Shown: positions 47,201-51,946 of the stretch, one piece after another | How the letters are laid out: every line of letters begins with the position of its first letter | Numbering within the stretch: position 1 is the first letter of the stretch | Assembly: GCF_000315625.1 (NCBI RefSeq) | Contig: NW_005434568.1 | Coordinates: forward strand, 58,989-110,934 | DNA: 51,946 bases | Direction of reading: 5' to 3' | Source: Guillardia theta CCMP2712 | Lineage: Eukaryota > Protista > Cryptophyta | Position numbers and translations under genes: made by a program | The notes under the pieces: generated by a model | Seen by the model: only the letters and a program-made list of their open reading frames with translations | What the model was told of the DNA's origin: nothing | Databases searched by the model: none

Positions 47201-48650
47201 GATTCGTTATCTTTTCTCCGTCCTTTCTCTTCCCTCCTCTCCATTTCCCCCTGTTCTCTCTCCTCCTCTCTCCTCTCTCCTCCTTTCTCCTCTCTCCTCC
47301 TCTCTCCTCTCTCCTCCTCTCTCCTCTCTCCTCCTCTCTCCTCCATCTCACCCACTCCTTCTCAAACCCCGTCCCAACCTCTCTCGCCACTGCTCTTTGT
47401 TCTCTGCTTTGTTCCTCTCATACTCATTACCTCCGTTCACCTGCCTGCCCTGCCCCTTCTCTTCTTTTCTCCCTCTCCTCCTCCTCTCCATCACTCAGCT
47501 GCTCTTCCCGTTTCTCTAGCCTTTGTCCTCCTCTCCATCATTGTACTCCTTGACGTCTTCTGATGATATTCTAGCCCACCATCACCAGCGCAATGAAGGA
47601 AGCTGTAGGAGGCACCAACGACCCGCACGTCATCCTCGACATTCTTATCGGTAAGGGCAACAAAACATGTCAACCCCAACAGAAAGTTGTGCAAGTCATG
47701 AACTACGTCCCTATTTTGATATGTGAACATCCCGAAATGAGTTTTGACATGTAACTCTTGTTCTTCGCTGCTTTCTTCTCATGTCTTGGATGCATTTGCT
47801 CACTGCTCTCCTCAGTGTTGAATCGCTACATCTGCAAATGCCCCTCGCTCATCGAGCGGACGCGAGAAAAATCTCAACTGCAGGATTGCATACAGGTGCG
47901 AATGAAATGGAGAAGGAGCAAGGACAGGAGAGAGAGGAGAAGGAAGAGGTGGACGAAAAGGAAGAGGAGGAGGAAAAAATAGGAAGGAGTCGAGAGAGAG
48001 AGGAAGATAGGTGAAGGGGGGGAGAGGAGGAGGGGGAGGGAAGAGAAGAGGGAGGAGAGAGGTGAGAGGAAGGATTGCGATGAGCTCACGAGCATTGTTT
48101 TAGAACGTCGTTATCGCTTGTCTCAACTTGACAAACATCTCCTCCGATTTCAACTTCTCTTCCTCGAACTCAGCTTCTAAGTATGTCCCCACCTCCTCCT
48201 TTTCCCCTCATAACAATTTTCTCCTCCTCTCCTCTCCTTGTTTTTTACATTCCATTTCTTGCACCTTCAACTCCGCTCCCCTGTCCTGACCTCTCCCTTC
48301 TCCTCTCCCTCCTCTTCTCCTTTCCTTTCCCTTCTCTTCTCCTTTCCTCTCCCTTCTCTTCTCCTATCAACTCCTTATTCCTCCTCTCTTCTCTGCTTGA
48401 CGTCTTACTGTATTCCTTCATCAGCTTCCTCAAAGGCTCTTCCTCGATCTCCCTCAGCCTCATCCCTAGCGGCAGTTTCCTCTCCCGCATGGCGAGCAGC
48501 GGAGAAATTTTCTCCGACGAGCTCGTGGGCAGGCGACCAGCGCTCGATGACACGATGAACGAGCAGCTTCTGGATGCGAGGAAGAGGATAAGTTTGCGCG
48601 CCTTGCGGGTCAGTGACTATTCAGTCCCGCTCCTCCTGTTCCTGCCTCTG

Positions 48651-48688
<38 letters not shown>

Positions 48689-51343
48689 TTCATCTGAACT
48701 CTCTCAGCGGCCCTCCTTCCCCTTCGCATCGCTCCTCCTCTCTTCCTCCCTTGCTCCTCCTCCCTCTCTCCCTCTTGTTATTCCTTCACCTTGATGAGCC
48801 GCTTCAGGATCTCGGCGATCACCTCGCGCATCTGCTGGAGGAAGGATGGAGGGAGAGCGAGGATGGGGTCGGAGTCGTGCGATCCCACCGAGATGGTCTA
48901 TCCCTCCTCATGTCCAAGGTGATGCTTTATCCCCTCCCAGTCCTCCTCCTCGCCATGCTCTCCTGCTCCTTCCCGTCCTTGTCGTCCTTCTCTTCCTTCT
49001 CCTCCTCCTCCTGGTCCATCTGGTCCTGCTTGCTGCCCTCTTTGCCTTTGTCTGTGTCCTCATTTCCGCCGCTATCGCCTTCATCATTCCCTCAATCCTG
49101 CTCTTTCTCCGCCTTATTCATCCTCTTCCTCGTGTTCACTCGCTTACCGTCTACTTCAGGTCGTCGATACCCTCAAGCTTATCATCCGCTCTCGCTCCAC
49201 CGCGACCTCCCTCGTCCCTCATGCTCTGCAGGCAATCCGCGTCCTCTCCTCCCTCCAGCACCCCATGTTCGTGCGGCTCTGGAGGAAGGACGTCATTGAG
49301 CTCTTCAACGACCCAGCCTTCTTTCAGATGGGCGTCAGCAGCGAGGACTGGTGCATGCTTGTTGACGTTGTCATGGCGCAGGAGGAGGGAGCCTTCGCAG
49401 AGCTCCTCTCCTCCTCCCCTGGAGCACATGCCGGGGCCTCCAACATGCTCTATGGGATGAATGGTGAGAGACGAGGAACGCGCAAGCTGATCTTCTTGCC
49501 TTCCCTACCCTTCCTCCCTCCTGCTCCTGCTCCTGCTCCTATCATCATCGTCATTATCATCGTTAGCAGCAGCATCATCTAATCCTCACCTTGCCCTCTT
49601 CCTCTCCTCTTCGTCCTCTGCATTCTGTGCCCTCCTTCACGCGACCTTCTCTTTCAATTAGTGCTCCTCCTCTCACTCTGCTCACATCTCCTCCTCTTCC
49701 TGTTTCCGCTCACTCGCTTCTCAGTCCTCATCACGGGCATAGAGGGCAAGTACCGGCAGCATTCCGACTACATCAAGCGCCTTGGCTTCATCCTGTTGGC
49801 TGGGGAGGTCGACCAGTACCTCCTCTCCCTCCCTCAGATCCTTGAACGCCTTGTCGATGCCCTGCGGTTGCCTCCCGGACCAGGCTTGGGACAGGTGAGG
49901 GCAGGAGGAGCAGGAGGAGGGGGAAGAGGGGGAAAGGGAGGAGGATGAAGGTGAAGGGGAAGGGGAGGAGGAGTGTCCTAACGAGGAAGGGCAATGACGG
50001 TGGGAGAGCAGGTGTACAGGCAGGTATTTCTCTGCAAGCGTGTCCTCCTCGTCCGCCTCTCCTCCCGCAACCTCGTCTCCTTCTGGCCCATCGTCCTCTC
50101 AGAGCTCATGCGCATTCTCCGTCAAGGGAGGAGCGACTCTCCGCTGGACTCTCAGCTGGACCCTGCCGTTCCCTTCGCCGCCCTTAAGTTCCTCGACCTC
50201 GCTGCTGTCCTCCAGCCCGAGGAGTTCCAGGCCATGCAGTGGGGCTTCTTCTCCAGCGTCTCCCAGCTCGACCCCAGCTGGAACTCACGTAGCTCGTTCC
50301 CCTTTGAGCCGCTGGCGGTCTCCATCGCTAAGCTCGCGGGGGGGGAGGAGAAGCAGGAGGAGGGGAAGGCAGAGGAGGGAGAGGAGGGTGCAGCTAAGAA
50401 CAAGGAGGAAGAGAGACATCTGGAAGAGCAGAAGGAGCCGAGCGAGCTCAGACGACCAGTACTGGAGCAGCTGACGGTCACGACAAGGGAGGAGCTGATA
50501 AGAGCTGCCAAGACCTTGGTGGCGGTAGGAGGAGGAGGAGGAGGAGGGAGGCAGGAGGAGAGGTTGGTTGCGGGGAAGAAGAGGAGGTAGAGAAGGAGGA
50601 GCTGGTGCTGAAGCTTGGGCAGGCGCAGGGTCGGGTGATGAAGAGCAAGCGGGCGGACGTGGAGTACATAGTGAAGCAGCTGAGGGAGGAGCACGATGAC
50701 TTCCTCTGCGACCGCAGGACGTTCATGGATCAAATCGATCGCATGCCCGAGAGGACAGAGGAGAGCGAGGTTGAGCCGGAGGTCGGCTACGTGTTCCCCG
50801 ACAGAGAGGAGGAGGAGACGGTCAAAGGGGCAAGAGCTCATGAAGCAGGGGCGAGAGGTGAAGGAGAGAGAGGGAGGGGAGTTGAAGTGGAGAGGGAGGA
50901 GCTCAAGGCAGTTGGAGACAGAGAGGTAGAGGAGGAGGCAGGAAGAGGTGCAGGAGGTCGCTCGTTGTTTTCCTGGAAACTTTCGGCGAGGTCGAGGAGC
51001 CGGCGGGACTTGAGGATGCGGCGGCGGTAGGAGGAGGCGGGGGAAGGCACTGCTGACACGTTGGCCTCCAGGTGCAGGAAGAAACCAAGGAGGAAGGAGA
51101 GGAGGAGGAGATCACGGAGAGGATCAAGATGCTATCGACCGTGTTCTCCAACGGAGTGCCGGAGGCAGCGAGCGAGGAAGGGAGGAGGGTGGAGAGTCTT
51201 CTGTACGAGGACACGGTAGAAGAGCAGCACTTGCCGCCGATCGCGGAGGGCAGCGTGAGAGACGTGGAGGAGGAGCAGGAGAAGCGGGAGCTGGAGCTGG
51301 AGCTGGAGCTCCCGCAGCCGCAGGAGGAGGAGGAGGAGGAGGA

Positions 51344-51386
<43 letters not shown>

Positions 51387-51935
51387 CAGGACGCGGAGCA
51401 GGAGCAGGAGCAGGAGCAGAGAGGAATAGGCAAGAAGGAAGATACAGTGGCTCGATTGCAAGGCATCGGTGTTGGAGAAAGAAGAAGCTTGGAAACTGCT
51501 GGAGGGCAGCACGAAAGAAATGACAGCGGTGAGTGTGCGAGGGAGGGAGGGAGGGAGGCAGGCAGGGGAGGCAGGGAGGGGAGGGGAGGCGAGGCAGGGA
51601 GGCAGGGAGGCAGGGAGGCAGGGAGGGAGGGAGGGAGGGAGGGAGGGAGGGAGGAGGGAGTGATATTTTTTTGGTGCAGTGGGGAGCGATGGGTCAACTT
51701 TTAAGGATTGCATCGAATGAGATAACGCAAAGAAAGTCTCCACCACTCCTGCCGCTGCTCTTCCTTGTTTCTATCTTAACGTCCACCTTGCCTGCTCTTG
51801 CTCCTTTCGTCCTTGCCAGTGCGTTCCTTTAAGTTTGACCTCCTGCTCGCTTCAGCACCTGATCTCTGTCAAGAACAGTGCAAGAGAAAAGGAGCAAGAA
51901 AGCAGCAGCAGCAGCAGAACTTGGATTGGGTTTGA
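41884..51935 (+). CDS. DOP1: Dopey / DOP1 leucine-zipper-like membrane trafficking protein (multi-exon; 3' end tentative)
   Basis: Dopey_N (FERSKEWSDYVSALSRLIKVL...RRLAQCTNSILPSGVHRKALDAY) and C-terminal conserved block (QVFLCKRVLLVRLSSRNLVSFWPIVLSEL...LKFLDL...FQAMQWGF). The acidic/polyQ tail needs a 1-nt correction near 50547. Confidence 0.9.
44543..44619. repeat. (GGGA)n microsatellite in a DOP1 intron
   Basis: Directly visible; related (GGGA/GGCA)n tract at 51539-51660 and (CCCT)n at 40973-41040. Confidence 0.9.
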
Positions 51936-51946
51936 GGTTGGAAGAG

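Overview
Intron-rich eukaryotic nuclear DNA, most likely from a cryptophyte alga (Guillardia/Hanusia-like). This is an inference from short GT-AG introns with CTGAC branch points, (CTC)n/(GGA)n-filled introns and a 'KAIRDIWNRRTW' HTH gene. Recognisable genes: 3' end of CTU1, V-ATPase subunit G, SPT5, tRNA-Phe(GAA), RPL29, SMN, an FSA/transaldolase-family aldolase with a signal peptide, an intronless ornithine decarboxylase, an LRR protein and DOP1 (Dopey). An accessory block (~10-29 kb) holds a cluster of small Zn(II)2Cys6 transcription-factor genes. One copy is split in the middle of its zinc cluster by an apparent ~7.75-kb inversion. The block also holds an HTH/AT-hook gene, a Mib/HERC2-like fragment and a 15-bp tandem repeat. 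The most striking unexplained structure is a recurring intergenic architecture. Seven CpG-dense, palindrome-rich islands share a motif vocabulary (AACTTGAA, TGACTCA, CCGTAC, CCGG, TGATCA) but no long alignable sequence. They sit mostly between divergent genes and are flanked by GGGGTAG/CTACCCC arrays leading to promoters. There is an assembly gap (39554-40358) with low-quality flanks, so single-base anomalies need caution. Exon boundaries were read by eye.
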